From an uncultured Armatimonadetes bacterium (GTDB lineage Bacteria; Armatimonadota; Armatimonadia; Armatimonadales; Capsulimonadaceae), in contig CAWIET010000003.1 of assembly GCA_963835235.1 (NCBI GenBank), positions 182,960 through 246,959 of the forward strand: 64,000 bases of DNA. Reading direction: 5' to 3'. Position numbers and translations under genes: made by a program. The notes below the pieces were generated by a model that searched no databases, was not told where the DNA came from, and saw nothing but the letters and a program-made list of their open reading frames with translations. This document shows, one piece after another, positions 26,981-36,375 of this stretch; position 1 is the first letter of the stretch; each line of letters begins with the position of its first letter.

Positions 26981-27771
26981 TTATTGAAGCGCGCGACGAT
27001 GTGGTCAGTCTGGAAGGGGCATTGGACAAAAACCTGTGGCCCACCATTCAGGCGGCGGCGAACCTGCTCCTGCGCCAGCACACGCACGGCATCATCATTG
27101 ACGGCTCTGCCCTCACCGACTGCTCGCCTGAAGGCGCGAAGACTTTCCGCGACGCGATGGACTATATTGAACGCTACCGCGCCCGCATTGTGGTGTGCAG
27201 CGTGCCCGAATGCGTCATGGATGTGATTAAAGCGACCCCCGGCGTCCGCTCGCGCCTGCCGATTGCCGACACGCTGGCAGAAGCGCGCGCCTCCCTGCGC
27301 CTGGCGACGGCGGGCGCATCCTCCACCGCCGCCGCAGGACGCCGCGCCTTGCAGGATATTCTGGTTCCCCTGCTGCGCGCTGACACGCCCGAAACCGTCG
27401 CCATGCTCGCCTGCCGCCTCGCTCGCGCCGATGGGCAGGGGACGCGGGTGCATTTAGCCTACATTCTGGAAGTCTCGCGCCAGCTGCCGCTCACCGCGCC
27501 GCTTCCCGAAGAAGAAACAGTCGCCTCGCAGACATTGGACGCCGCCGAAAAGTGGGTGCGTGGAGAAGGGTTGACCGCCGTGACGCACGTCATGCGCGCC
27601 CGCGACGCCGGGGAGGAGATTGTGCGTCAGGCGGAACTCTTGCACGCCAACGTCATCGTGCTGTCCCGCACCGACAGTTCTCACATCGGCGAGGACGACA
27701 TGAGCCGCGTCGCGCGCATGGTGTTAGACCGCGCGCCCTGCGAGGTTATTCTGAACCGTCTGCCGCAATAA
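26977..27771 (+). CDS. STAS-like domain fused to a universal stress protein (USP) domain
   Basis: The N-terminal 100 aa resemble anti-sigma antagonist/STAS folds (IIDGSALTDCSPEGAKTFRDAMDY...IVVCSVPECVMDVIKAT). The C-terminal half has the USP pattern (ILVPL...AGEEIVRQAELLHANVIVLSR...VLDRAPCEVILN). Confidence 0.55.
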   Translation: MIIEARDDVVSLEGALDKNLWPTIQAAANLLLRQHTHGIIIDGSALTDCSPEGAKTFRDAMDYIERYRARIVVCSVPECVMDVIKATPGVRSRLPIADTLAEARASLRLATAGASSTAAAGRRALQDILVPLLRADTPETVAMLACRLARADGQGTRVHLAYILEVSRQLPLTAPLPEEETVASQTLDAAEKWVRGEGLTAVTHVMRARDAGEEIVRQAELLHANVIVLSRTDSSHIGEDDMSRVARMVLDRAPCEVILNRLPQ

Positions 27772-28867
27772 TATCCAGCGCGTTGGGCAGGTGGGTCAGC
27801 ACATCGCAGCCCCCTTCCGTCACGAGCACGTCTTCTTCAATGCGGACGCCGCCCCAGTCTTCCAAATACAGGCCCGGCTCTACCGTCAGCACCATGCCGG
27901 GCGCGAGAACAAGCCCTTCGGCGCGCGGCGACAGCCCTAAGCCGTCATGCACGGCCCGCCCCAGCGCGTGCCCCAGACCATGCCCGAATGCCTCGCTGCC
28001 GTAGTGCCGTGTGAGAAAGTCCCGCGCCACCGCGTCTATCTCTTTGCCGGTTTTGCCAGGCGCGATGGCGGCAATGGCTCGTTGCTGCGCTTCCAGGACA
28101 ACGGCATACACTTCCCGCTGCTTGTCGTCTACCGTGCCAATCGCCACCGTGCGCGTGATGTCCGAATTGTAGCCATTGACCTGCGCGCCCCAGTCAATGG
28201 TCACGAAATCGCCCGTCTCTAATCTGCGCTCGCCTGCCGTGTGGTGCGGGTGCGCGCCGTTCGGCCCCGATGCCACGATGGTCTCAAACGCCCGGTCGTC
28301 CGCGCCGCCCTGCCGCATGGCGGTTTCTAAAGCAAGCGCAATCTCCCGCTCCTGCGTGCCGGGCTTCAGCAAAGGCCGAATGGATTGAAATGCCGCTTCC
28401 GCGACGGCAATGGCGCGTTCAATGGCAGCCACTTCGCCCGCGCCTTTCACCCGGCGCAGTGTTTCCACAAGGCTCTCAGTTGGCGTCCATTCCAGCGGCG
28501 CGGGGTTGTCCTGCGCCATCTTCTGCCACTGGGAATAAGTGAGATGACCCGCCTCAAACCCCACTTTGCGCCACTGTGGGCGCGCGCGCAGCGTCTCGGA
28601 AAGCGCCTGCGGATAACTGCCGCTGCCTTCCGCTTTCACAATTGTCCATGCGGGGCACTCGCGGGCGGCGCGCAGCGTGTAGCGCGGATCAGTGATGAGA
28701 ACCGCTTCGTCGGGCGACACCAGCGCCATCGCGGTTGACCCCGTAAAGCCAGCCATGTAGCCAATGTTCACGCTGTCCGTGAGCAAGAGCGCATCCACGC
28801 CTGCCTCCAGCAACGCGGCGCGCAGAGCGGTCAGGCGGGCGTCCACCGCAATCACTTCACTGTTCAT
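27746..28867 (-). CDS. M24-family Xaa-Pro aminopeptidase
   Basis: Creatinase-like N-domain plus the pita-bread metal ligands (DWGAQVNGYNSDITRT, HGLGHALG, LTVEPGLY, IEEDVLV). Confidence 0.85.
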   Translation of the reverse strand: MNSEVIAVDARLTALRAALLEAGVDALLLTDSVNIGYMAGFTGSTAMALVSPDEAVLITDPRYTLRAARECPAWTIVKAEGSGSYPQALSETLRARPQWRKVGFEAGHLTYSQWQKMAQDNPAPLEWTPTESLVETLRRVKGAGEVAAIERAIAVAEAAFQSIRPLLKPGTQEREIALALETAMRQGGADDRAFETIVASGPNGAHPHHTAGERRLETGDFVTIDWGAQVNGYNSDITRTVAIGTVDDKQREVYAVVLEAQQRAIAAIAPGKTGKEIDAVARDFLTRHYGSEAFGHGLGHALGRAVHDGLGLSPRAEGLVLAPGMVLTVEPGLYLEDWGGVRIEEDVLVTEGGCDVLTHLPNALDIIAADGSE

Positions 28868-29331
28868 CGGTGGCTTTCCTCAACCAGCGTCTTGGCGGCT
28901 TGCAGGGCGAGCAAATAAGACTGCGGCCCGAAGCCCACAATCTGGCCGGTGGTGACGGGGGAAATGACGGAGTGGCGGCGAAACTCCTCGCGCGCCTGCA
29001 CGTTGGTCAAATGCACTTCAATCGTCGGCAGGCGCGAGTCGCCAATGGCGTCGCGAATGGCGTAGGAATAGTGCGTGTACGCGCCGGGATTAATCACAAT
29101 GGCGTCGGCTTCCGACATGGCGTCCTGCACGAAGTTGATAATCTCGCCCTCCGAGTTGGACTGCTGAATGGTGACTTCCACGCCCAGCGTGCGAGCGTGC
29201 TCCTCAATGCGCCGGTTCACGGTGGCGAAGTCGTCCTTGCCGTAAATATCCGGGTCGCGCACGCCCAGCATATTGAGATTGGGGCCGTGTATCAGAGCGA
29301 TTTTGATGGGGCCGGTGCGGGTGAGCTGCAT
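28864..29331 (-). CDS. aroQ: type II 3-dehydroquinate dehydratase
   Basis: IALIHGPNLNMLGVRDPDIYG, QSNSEGEIINF, INPGAYTHYSYAIRDA and EVHLTNV. The start was trimmed to the ATG at 29331. Confidence 0.9.
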   Translation of the reverse strand: MQLTRTGPIKIALIHGPNLNMLGVRDPDIYGKDDFATVNRRIEEHARTLGVEVTIQQSNSEGEIINFVQDAMSEADAIVINPGAYTHYSYAIRDAIGDSRLPTIEVHLTNVQAREEFRRHSVISPVTTGQIVGFGPQSYLLALQAAKTLVEESHR

Positions 29332-29341
29332 AACGGGGCCT

Positions 29342-29521
29342 CTACTTGTCAGGAATGGTCGCTTCTTCGGGCAGCAAGATGGGAATGCCGTCACGGATCG
29401 GGTAAACGCGCCCGCACTGGTCGCAGACCAGCGTTTCTCCCACAAGGCGCAGGGGCGGGCGGTTGTCATCAGCGGGGCAGGCGAGTATCTCTATTAACTT
29501 GGGGTCAAGGGTCTGCGTCAT
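29342..29521 (-). CDS. Trm112/UPF0434-family small zinc-ribbon-like protein
   Basis: LDPKLIEILACPADDNRPPL...LVCDQCGRVYPIRDGIPILLPEEA. Its ATG overlaps the stop of the upstream glycosyltransferase (ATGA). Confidence 0.7.
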   Translation of the reverse strand: MTQTLDPKLIEILACPADDNRPPLRLVGETLVCDQCGRVYPIRDGIPILLPEEATIPDK

Positions 29522-30669
29522 CGTTTGGCTTCCTCCACAACTTGCTGGTACACGCGCAAGGTCTCTCTGGCTGTTTGCTCCCATGAGAACCCGGCGGCGC
29601 GGGCTAATCCCCGCTCCCGCCAGCGCGCGCGCACCAGCGGGGAGCCGAGCAGTTTGTCTAAAGCGTCCGCCCAGGCTGCTGAATTGTCGGCGGGCAGCAG
29701 GATTGCATCTGTTCCTACCACTTCCGGCAAAGATGACGCCCGCACGCACAAAACCGGGCAGCCGCAGGCCATCGCCTCTAAAGGCGGCAGGCCGAAGCCC
29801 TCATACTGCGACGGGTAGCAGAACGCATCCGCGCCCCCGTATAGCACGGGCAGGTCGTCGTCGGGCACGTAGCCCGTCCACACGATTTGCTCCGCCACTG
29901 ACGGTGGCAGCGCCGCCGCCTGCCGGTCTAATTCTTCTCCCAGCCAGCCGCGCTTGCCCACAATCACGAGTTTGTGCGGCGGCGGGTGCGGCCCTAATTT
30001 AACTAATGCGAACGCATCCAGCAGCAAAGACAAGTTCTTGCGCGGCTGCAAGACGCCTACCGAGAGAATGTAAGGCGCGTCGCCCAGCCCAAAGCGCGTG
30101 TTCACCATCTGCCATGCGTTTTCCTGCCCGCCTGCGGGCAACTGGAACCGCTTGTCGGCGGCCTCTAACACTGTGACCACTTTCTCCGGCGCCACGCGGC
30201 CCTTGTAGACGCGCAGAATGTCCCGGCGCGTGTTCTCAGAAACAGCCACAACGCGCGCCGCCTTCTGCATGGAGCGCGGCACGAATGTATTGAGCAGCCA
30301 GCGGTCGCGGGGCAAGAAAAGGTGCGGCAGCACCGCGAAGGACACGTCATGCACAGTCGTCACTATCGGACAGGGCGCACCGAGCAGCGGGACGTTATAC
30401 TGCGTATGCGCCACGTCTATCTTATCCACTTTGAGGGCGCGCGGGAACGCCCGGAGCATCCACAGGGCGTCATTTTTGGGAGACGGCAGCGCGCGCCATG
30501 AGAAGTTCGCGCCCAGCGCGGGCGGCTCGCCTTCCATCGGCAGGCGCGTGTAAAGAACATATTCGTTCTTTGCGTCAACTCCCGCCAGCCCTTGCAGGAG
30601 GCCGCGCCAATATGTCCGGTCGCCCGTAAACCGCCCCGACAGGCAGCGCGCATCCATGCCAATCTTCAT
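29518..30669 (-). CDS. GT4-family (GT-B) glycosyltransferase
   Basis: The C-terminal EGFGLPPLEAMACGCPVL motif and a length of 383 aa. Confidence 0.8.
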   Translation of the reverse strand: MKIGMDARCLSGRFTGDRTYWRGLLQGLAGVDAKNEYVLYTRLPMEGEPPALGANFSWRALPSPKNDALWMLRAFPRALKVDKIDVAHTQYNVPLLGAPCPIVTTVHDVSFAVLPHLFLPRDRWLLNTFVPRSMQKAARVVAVSENTRRDILRVYKGRVAPEKVVTVLEAADKRFQLPAGGQENAWQMVNTRFGLGDAPYILSVGVLQPRKNLSLLLDAFALVKLGPHPPPHKLVIVGKRGWLGEELDRQAAALPPSVAEQIVWTGYVPDDDLPVLYGGADAFCYPSQYEGFGLPPLEAMACGCPVLCVRASSLPEVVGTDAILLPADNSAAWADALDKLLGSPLVRARWRERGLARAAGFSWEQTARETLRVYQQVVEEAKR

Positions 30670-31460
30670 TGGGGCCGATCCGCATTGCCTCTCGCTTTCG
30701 GGGCAGCGAGCCAGCGCTTCAGCGTCCGGTACTGCTGATAACGCGCTTCTTTCAGAGGGGCGGGCAGGAGGGAAATGGCTTTATTGACGGCAAATGGCAG
30801 CAGGCCCAGATTGTCCCGAAACAGGCGCAGGCGGTCGTGCAGAAACGGCGTGTCGCGGTCGGTGGCGCTCAGGCCGCCGCCCTCAAAATCGGCAATCACT
30901 TCATTCAGGTAGACTTTGCGGATGCGCGAGTCGCCAAAGCAGCGCACATTGAACACGTAATCCGAAAGCACCGGGTAGCGCAGGTCAAAGCCGCCGAGCC
31001 TGTCATAAACACCGCGCGCGCAAAAGAGGGCCTGATGGCAGATGTTCACCCGGCTCAGTTTCCAGCGCGTGTAGCGGCCCCCAAAGCGACGCTGCAAGTC
31101 GTGCGCGTACACGTCGCCGTACACGAACGCCAACGGGTCGGCGGGCATTCGGGGCGCAAGCGTCTCCAAAATGCCGGGCCGCAGCGTGTCGCCCGCGCCG
31201 AGAAAGTAAGCGAACTGACCGGTCATCAGTTGCAGTCCGCCATTCATGGCGTCATACACGCCCCGGTCAGGGCGAGACATCCAGCGCAGGGAATTGCCAT
31301 AACGCGCCAGTGTTTCTGTCGTACCGTCTGAGGAGCCGCCGTCCATAACAACGTACTCAAACAAGGCCGGGTTCTGCGCCAGCACGGACTGGATTGTCTG
31401 TTCCAGCTTCGGCCCGCTGTTGAACGTGGGCGTGATAATGGAAAACAGCGTGTCGGGCAT
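30666..31460 (-). CDS. GT2-family glycosyltransferase
   Basis: FSIITPTFNSGPKLEQTIQSVLAQ and VVMDGGSSDGT. Confidence 0.8.
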   Translation of the reverse strand: MPDTLFSIITPTFNSGPKLEQTIQSVLAQNPALFEYVVMDGGSSDGTTETLARYGNSLRWMSRPDRGVYDAMNGGLQLMTGQFAYFLGAGDTLRPGILETLAPRMPADPLAFVYGDVYAHDLQRRFGGRYTRWKLSRVNICHQALFCARGVYDRLGGFDLRYPVLSDYVFNVRCFGDSRIRKVYLNEVIADFEGGGLSATDRDTPFLHDRLRLFRDNLGLLPFAVNKAISLLPAPLKEARYQQYRTLKRWLAAPKARGNADRPQ

Positions 31461-31465
31461 GAGGA

Positions 31466-32443
31466 TTATTGAAGGCCGGACGTGAGCATCAGGCGGGCTT
31501 CCCCGATTTTACGCACCATCTTGCGCCAATCGTAATTCTGCGTCCGTATATCGGTGTACGGCACGCGCAGTTCCGGCACGGCCTGCCGCGCCCAGCGGAG
31601 CGTTTCGTTCAAGGCGCGCACATAAGGCGGGTACAGCCGCCAGCGCAGGCGCAGAGGCATTTCGCCATAAACGCGGCCTTCCGCCACCGGGTCATACAGC
31701 CAGGAGCGGAAAATCTTCAATCCGTGATAGTGGAAGAACAGCAGCGGCTGCTCGTTGACGGTAATATTGCCGCCGCGCGCCCGAATGCGGAAGTTCATCC
31801 AGTTCCAGGGAGCCAGCCCTGCGCCGGGGTGCTGAAGCACAGCGACGCCGGGAAAGCGCGTCGGCCAATCGTCCAGGTACTTCTGGTCGGCGAAGCGCCC
31901 GTCCTCCATGCGGTCGTAGCACCACTCCAAGCAGCGCTCGCGCCACCAGGTCAGGCAGGCGCGGCCCCGTTCGTCATTGCGAAAGGTCAGCCATTCCACG
32001 TTGTAAATGCCCGCCGCCAGCATTTCCGGTTGGCTGGGGGGAAAGCGGTGCTCTATGATAGTGACAGACGCCTCCCCCATCTCCCCAAAGAGGGGTTCGG
32101 GGGAGGCGAAGAAGAACAGGTCGGCGTCCAGATAGGTAATCAAATCCACCTGCGGGAACTGGTTCAAAATGGAAAGCGGCAGCGACGGCGTGCAGGTGAA
32201 GTAATACTCCACTTTGCTCCGTGTGGTCTTGGCTGCGCGCAGTGGCGCGTCCTCCCGCTCAAAGTCGTCCAGCGCAATCGGGCGCAAATCAGGCAGGGCC
32301 AACCGGCAGAGCGCGTCATAACTTGGCGCGTCAAAGCAGAGCGCCCAGAGCGTGAACGGCTCCCCGTGCGCCTTGAGCGAACGGTACAGGGCAAGCGCCC
32401 GCAGCAGGTAATTGTGGTCAAAGTAGGTGCAGTAATAGCGCAT
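31466..32443 (-). CDS. putative nucleotide-diphospho-sugar transferase (GT8-like fold)
   Basis: MRYYCTYFDHNYLLRALALYRSLKAH and the DxD-like YLDADLFFF. Confidence 0.45.
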   Translation of the reverse strand: MRYYCTYFDHNYLLRALALYRSLKAHGEPFTLWALCFDAPSYDALCRLALPDLRPIALDDFEREDAPLRAAKTTRSKVEYYFTCTPSLPLSILNQFPQVDLITYLDADLFFFASPEPLFGEMGEASVTIIEHRFPPSQPEMLAAGIYNVEWLTFRNDERGRACLTWWRERCLEWCYDRMEDGRFADQKYLDDWPTRFPGVAVLQHPGAGLAPWNWMNFRIRARGGNITVNEQPLLFFHYHGLKIFRSWLYDPVAEGRVYGEMPLRLRWRLYPPYVRALNETLRWARQAVPELRVPYTDIRTQNYDWRKMVRKIGEARLMLTSGLQ

Positions 32444-33570
32444 CAGTTCGTTTGCGCCCAGTCCGTAACAGCCTCCGCGACCCTCTGCGCGTCCTCATGC
32501 GGCAGTTCCGGGTAAAGCGGCAGGCTGAGAACTTCCCGCGCGGTGCGCTCCGTCTCCGGAAGGGACGCTGCCTTCATGACCGCGCTGTATGCGGGCTGCT
32601 GGTGAACCGGAACCGGGTAATGCACCAGCGTCCCGATGCCCTGCGCCTGCAAATGCGCCTTGCAAGCATCACGCCGCGCGGAGCGCACCACGTATTGATG
32701 GAACACATGCGCCGCCCCGGACACGACACAGGGCAAGGTCAAGCCCGTGCGGGCCAGCAGGCGGTCATACAGGCTCGCCAGCGCGCGCCGCCTGCCGTTG
32801 TCTTCATCCAGGTGGGCCAGCTTGACCCGCAGCACGGCGGCTTGCAGTTCATCCAGACGGCTGTTGCCGCCGGGAACCTGGCTGATGCGCTGCTCGCCCC
32901 ACCCGTATTGACGCAGCAAGCGCACCTGTTCGGCCAGAGCCGGGGTGTTTGTGACGACCGCGCCGCCATCACCCAGCGCGCCCAGGTTCTTGGTGGGATA
33001 AAAACTGAATGCTGCCGCGTCTCCCCATGTCCCGGCACGTCTGCCATTCAGCGCCGCCCCGTGCGCCTGCGCGCAGTCTTCCACGACAAGCAAATCATGG
33101 CGGCGAGCAATATCCAGAATGGCAGGCATATCGGCCATCTGGCCGTACAGATGCACGGGAACGATGGCGCGCGGGCGGCCCGGCAAATCCTGGCGGGCGA
33201 GAGCGTCTTCCAGACGTGCCGGGTCAAGCGTGAAGCGGGCCGGGTCAATGTCCACAAACACGGGCGTCGCGCCGCACAGGGTGATGGCGGCGGCGGTGGC
33301 AACAGCGGTATGCGCCACTGTGAAGACCATATCGCCTGCCCCCACCCCACCCGCGCGCAGGGCCAATTGCAGCGCATCCGTGCCGTTTGCCACGCCGACG
33401 GCATGAGCCGCCCCCAGATAGGCCGCGAACTCCCGCTCAAAAGCCGCCCCCTCCTGTCCCAGAATGTACCAGCCGCTGTCCAGAACGCGGCGAATAGCGG
33501 CATCAAGGGCCTCTTTGCGGGCCAGGTAATTCGCGCCGGGGCTGCTTTGCGGGATGGAAGGAAGGGGCAT
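32443..33570 (-). CDS. DegT/DnrJ/EryC1/StrS-family sugar aminotransferase
   Basis: GWYILGQEGAAFEREFAAYLGAAHAVGVANGTDALQLAL and FSFYPTKNLGALGDGG (PLP lysine region). Confidence 0.85.
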   Translation of the reverse strand: MPLPSIPQSSPGANYLARKEALDAAIRRVLDSGWYILGQEGAAFEREFAAYLGAAHAVGVANGTDALQLALRAGGVGAGDMVFTVAHTAVATAAAITLCGATPVFVDIDPARFTLDPARLEDALARQDLPGRPRAIVPVHLYGQMADMPAILDIARRHDLLVVEDCAQAHGAALNGRRAGTWGDAAAFSFYPTKNLGALGDGGAVVTNTPALAEQVRLLRQYGWGEQRISQVPGGNSRLDELQAAVLRVKLAHLDEDNGRRRALASLYDRLLARTGLTLPCVVSGAAHVFHQYVVRSARRDACKAHLQAQGIGTLVHYPVPVHQQPAYSAVMKAASLPETERTAREVLSLPLYPELPHEDAQRVAEAVTDWAQTN

Positions 33571-33585
33571 TTTAGAGATACTCTG

Positions 33586-34584
33586 CTATAAATACTCGGA
33601 TAAGTGAGCGCGGTAAAATGCCAGCGTGCGGGTCAGCCCTTCGCGCTCGGCCACGCGCGGCGTCCAGCCCAGAGCGGCGCGGATTTTGTGGTCGTCGGCG
33701 TAGTAATCGCCAATATCAATGCGCTTGCGCTCGGCAGGGAACGCGCGCACGGCGTAGGAGCCGCCGCCATTGGCTTCTACCACAAAATCGGCCATCTGGC
33801 GCAGGGTGAGCGGCTGCGCGCCGCCCAGGTTGTAAACTTCTCCGTTGGCAGCGTCGCTGGCTGCCGCGAGCAGCAGGGCTTCTACGGCGTCGTCCACATA
33901 TGTGAAGTCGCGCCACTGGCCGCCGTCCCACACGTCAAACGGCTGACCCTGCGCCAGAAGGCGTATCCAAACGCCAAGAAACGTCTGCCGGGCATCTTTG
34001 ACCCGCATACGCGGGCCATACGTATTGGTCAGGCGCAGGGCGCAGGCGCGCAGGCCGTACACATTATTGTAGAGGATATGATACCACTCCCCGGCCATCT
34101 TGTTGATGCCATTCACATCTACAGGGCGCAGCAGATGCTTCTCATCTACCGGAAGGTAATCCGGCTTGCCGTACACCTGCCGCGTGCTGGCAAAGACAAT
34201 CTTGATGGACGAATTATGCTTGCGGCAGGCTTCCAGAATGGACAACTGGGCGCGGCAGTTGATTTCTAAGTCTGTATCGGGGTCTTGCATGGAGTCCATG
34301 TGGCTGGTCTGCCCGGCCAGATTGAATAGAAAGTCCTGCCCCTGCACCAGATAGCGCATCGCGTGCTCGTCGCGCACATCGGAGATGTTGACCTGCACAC
34401 GGCCTTCCAGCCCGTCAATGTTGAACAGGCTGCCGCCGTATTCAGGCACCAGGCTGTCCACCAGCAGAACGCGCGCTTCCATTTCCACCAGCCGCCGCGT
34501 CAGGTTGGAGCCAATGAAGCCCAGCCCGCCGGTGACAAGCACATTCCGCCCGCGAAACGGATCAGGTGTTACTTTAGCCGCCAC
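33586..34584 (-). CDS. NAD-dependent sugar-nucleotide epimerase/dehydratase (extended SDR)
   Basis: VLVTGGLGFIGSNL and the catalytic YGKPDY / YxxxK region. Confidence 0.8.
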   Translation of the reverse strand: MAAKVTPDPFRGRNVLVTGGLGFIGSNLTRRLVEMEARVLLVDSLVPEYGGSLFNIDGLEGRVQVNISDVRDEHAMRYLVQGQDFLFNLAGQTSHMDSMQDPDTDLEINCRAQLSILEACRKHNSSIKIVFASTRQVYGKPDYLPVDEKHLLRPVDVNGINKMAGEWYHILYNNVYGLRACALRLTNTYGPRMRVKDARQTFLGVWIRLLAQGQPFDVWDGGQWRDFTYVDDAVEALLLAAASDAANGEVYNLGGAQPLTLRQMADFVVEANGGGSYAVRAFPAERKRIDIGDYYADDHKIRAALGWTPRVAEREGLTRTLAFYRAHLSEYL

Positions 34585-35222
34585 AATGTATCATCCCCGA
34601 TTGTCGCCGTTATTTGATAGAGCGGGGATAGAAGCGCGCTCACTTCGTCCCTGCCTCCGGCTTCAATGAGCAGGTGTTTGGGCCAATGGCGCTGCCAATC
34701 TACTCCGTGCAGGCATTGCAGCTCGTAGCCTTCCGTATCCAGGCACAGCAAATCAATCCTGGAAAAGCCGTGCTCATCCAGCAGCGCGGAGAGCGGGCGC
34801 GCGGGGACACGCACGGGCCGCGCTTGAATGCCCTGATACCCTTCCCCCTGACGCAGATGACGCTCCTCTTCCGCAGGCGGAAGCGAGCCTCTGATAACGG
34901 ACATCAAGTTGCAATCATACATCTCAATCTCAGTGTCGGCATAGTTCAGCGGCACGAGAGCGCAGTTTTCTACCAGGCAGCGTGGCCGGTTGATGCGGCA
35001 CGCGCGCGCCAGCGCCGGGATGGGTTCAATCAGCAAACCGTGCCAGCCTGCCCACCGCTCCAGCCCCAGCGTGTTGGACTGCGTTTTGCCGTCATTTGCT
35101 CCGGCCTCTACAAAGCAGCCATTGCGCTCTTTTAAATGCGCCTGCAAGGTTTGATAGCGCGCGCGCTGCTCTTGAGTGTTCTGACGCCAGCAGTTATAAG
35201 GATGGCGGAGGAAGGAAAACAT
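34569..35222 (-). CDS. FkbM-family methyltransferase
   Basis: FVEAGANDGKTQSNTLGLERWAGWHGLLIEPIP. Confidence 0.7.
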   Translation of the reverse strand: MFSFLRHPYNCWRQNTQEQRARYQTLQAHLKERNGCFVEAGANDGKTQSNTLGLERWAGWHGLLIEPIPALARACRINRPRCLVENCALVPLNYADTEIEMYDCNLMSVIRGSLPPAEEERHLRQGEGYQGIQARPVRVPARPLSALLDEHGFSRIDLLCLDTEGYELQCLHGVDWQRHWPKHLLIEAGGRDEVSALLSPLYQITATIGDDTLWRLK

Positions 35223-35229
35223 CAGGGCC

Positions 35230-36375
35230 TCACTCCCCCCTGCCTGCCGCTTGCGGCAGATAACGGCTCAGAATAGCCGCAAGCTCCTGCATACGAAGCG
35301 CGTAAGTATGCTCTTTCAGCGTGCGCGCTTGTCCTCCGGCGGCAATTGCCTTGCGCTCCGTCTCATGGGTGCGGTAGTAATCTATCATCTCCACGCACTC
35401 TTCAGGGGAATGGTAGACGGCCACGTCCCTGTCTGGCTCAAACATCTCGCGTAGGTTGTCTTTGGCATCGGTGAGAAGAAGTGCTCCCACACCGGTTGCT
35501 TCAAACAGACGCATATTGTTGGCAAAGTTCTCCGCTGCGTTGATATGAAAGTTGAGGGCGATGTCGGCATTATGCAGAACGTTGTACATTTCCAGCGCCC
35601 ATGCCTCGCCCTGATAGCGCGGGCGCAGCGGCGAGCCGGGCCGTGTCACCTTAACGCCATAGCCCCACCAGTCCAACGGCTCGCGCGCAGCAATGGCTTC
35701 CAGAAAGCGAACGCGCTCGGAGTGCTCGCCGGAAAGCCCCCCCACAAAGGCCAGAGAATGGCGAGTGCGCTTTTCTAAACGTGACAGCAGGCTAGCCTCA
35801 AATCCGAGCCGAAAGTATTCGCTGTTCAAGCCCTGTCCCCGGAACCGCGCCACGAAGTGTGGAAAGGAGGTCAGGATCAGGTCGTAAGGGCTAAAGTCCG
35901 CTCCGTTTGCGTAAGGCGAAGCAATCTGCCCCACAATCAGATCCACCAGCGGCTTGACTTCACGCAGGAAGTTGGCGCTCAGAGCGTGCATATCCTGCAC
36001 GTACAGCACGTCGGGACGACATTGTGTGATTTGGGCTTTCAGAATGGCGTACACCCAGTTCTCGCTGGAAATGCGCCGCAGCCAGGGAATGATTTTGCGT
36101 CGTCGGGTCAGCGTCAGACTATTCGTCTCCAGCGGCAAGGCAGCCCCATTCTCCTGTGCCCACTGCCGCTGCAAAGGCTCGGCATTGATCACAACATCGG
36201 TGGCCTCATGGCCCAGCGCGTTGAGGTGAGTGGAGTAGAAGTCCGCCGTGCCAAAGCACTCGTCCATCAGCGCGCGCCATTGCTGTGCATATGGCTGCCG
36301 CGTGACTTGCGGCTGCCGCGCGTAATGGTCCCGCAGGAAGTCAGGATAATAGGTGTCTGCAATCAAGATACGCAT
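35230..36375 (-). CDS. CgeB-like glycosyltransferase (Glyco_trans_1_2-type C-terminus)
   Basis: MRILIADTYYPDFL N-terminus and C-terminal NMRLFEATGVGALLLTD...AIAAGGQARTLKEHTY. Confidence 0.6.
   Translation of the reverse strand: MRILIADTYYPDFLRDHYARQPQVTRQPYAQQWRALMDECFGTADFYSTHLNALGHEATDVVINAEPLQRQWAQENGAALPLETNSLTLTRRRKIIPWLRRISSENWVYAILKAQITQCRPDVLYVQDMHALSANFLREVKPLVDLIVGQIASPYANGADFSPYDLILTSFPHFVARFRGQGLNSEYFRLGFEASLLSRLEKRTRHSLAFVGGLSGEHSERVRFLEAIAAREPLDWWGYGVKVTRPGSPLRPRYQGEAWALEMYNVLHNADIALNFHINAAENFANNMRLFEATGVGALLLTDAKDNLREMFEPDRDVAVYHSPEECVEMIDYYRTHETERKAIAAGGQARTLKEHTYALRMQELAAILSRYLPQAAGRGE

Noticed and set aside
31469-33591. Plus-strand ORFs 31469-32515 (348 aa) and 32452-33591 (379 aa)
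   Set aside because: They mirror the GT8-like and DegT genes, whose minus-strand translations carry clear PLP and DxD motifs.
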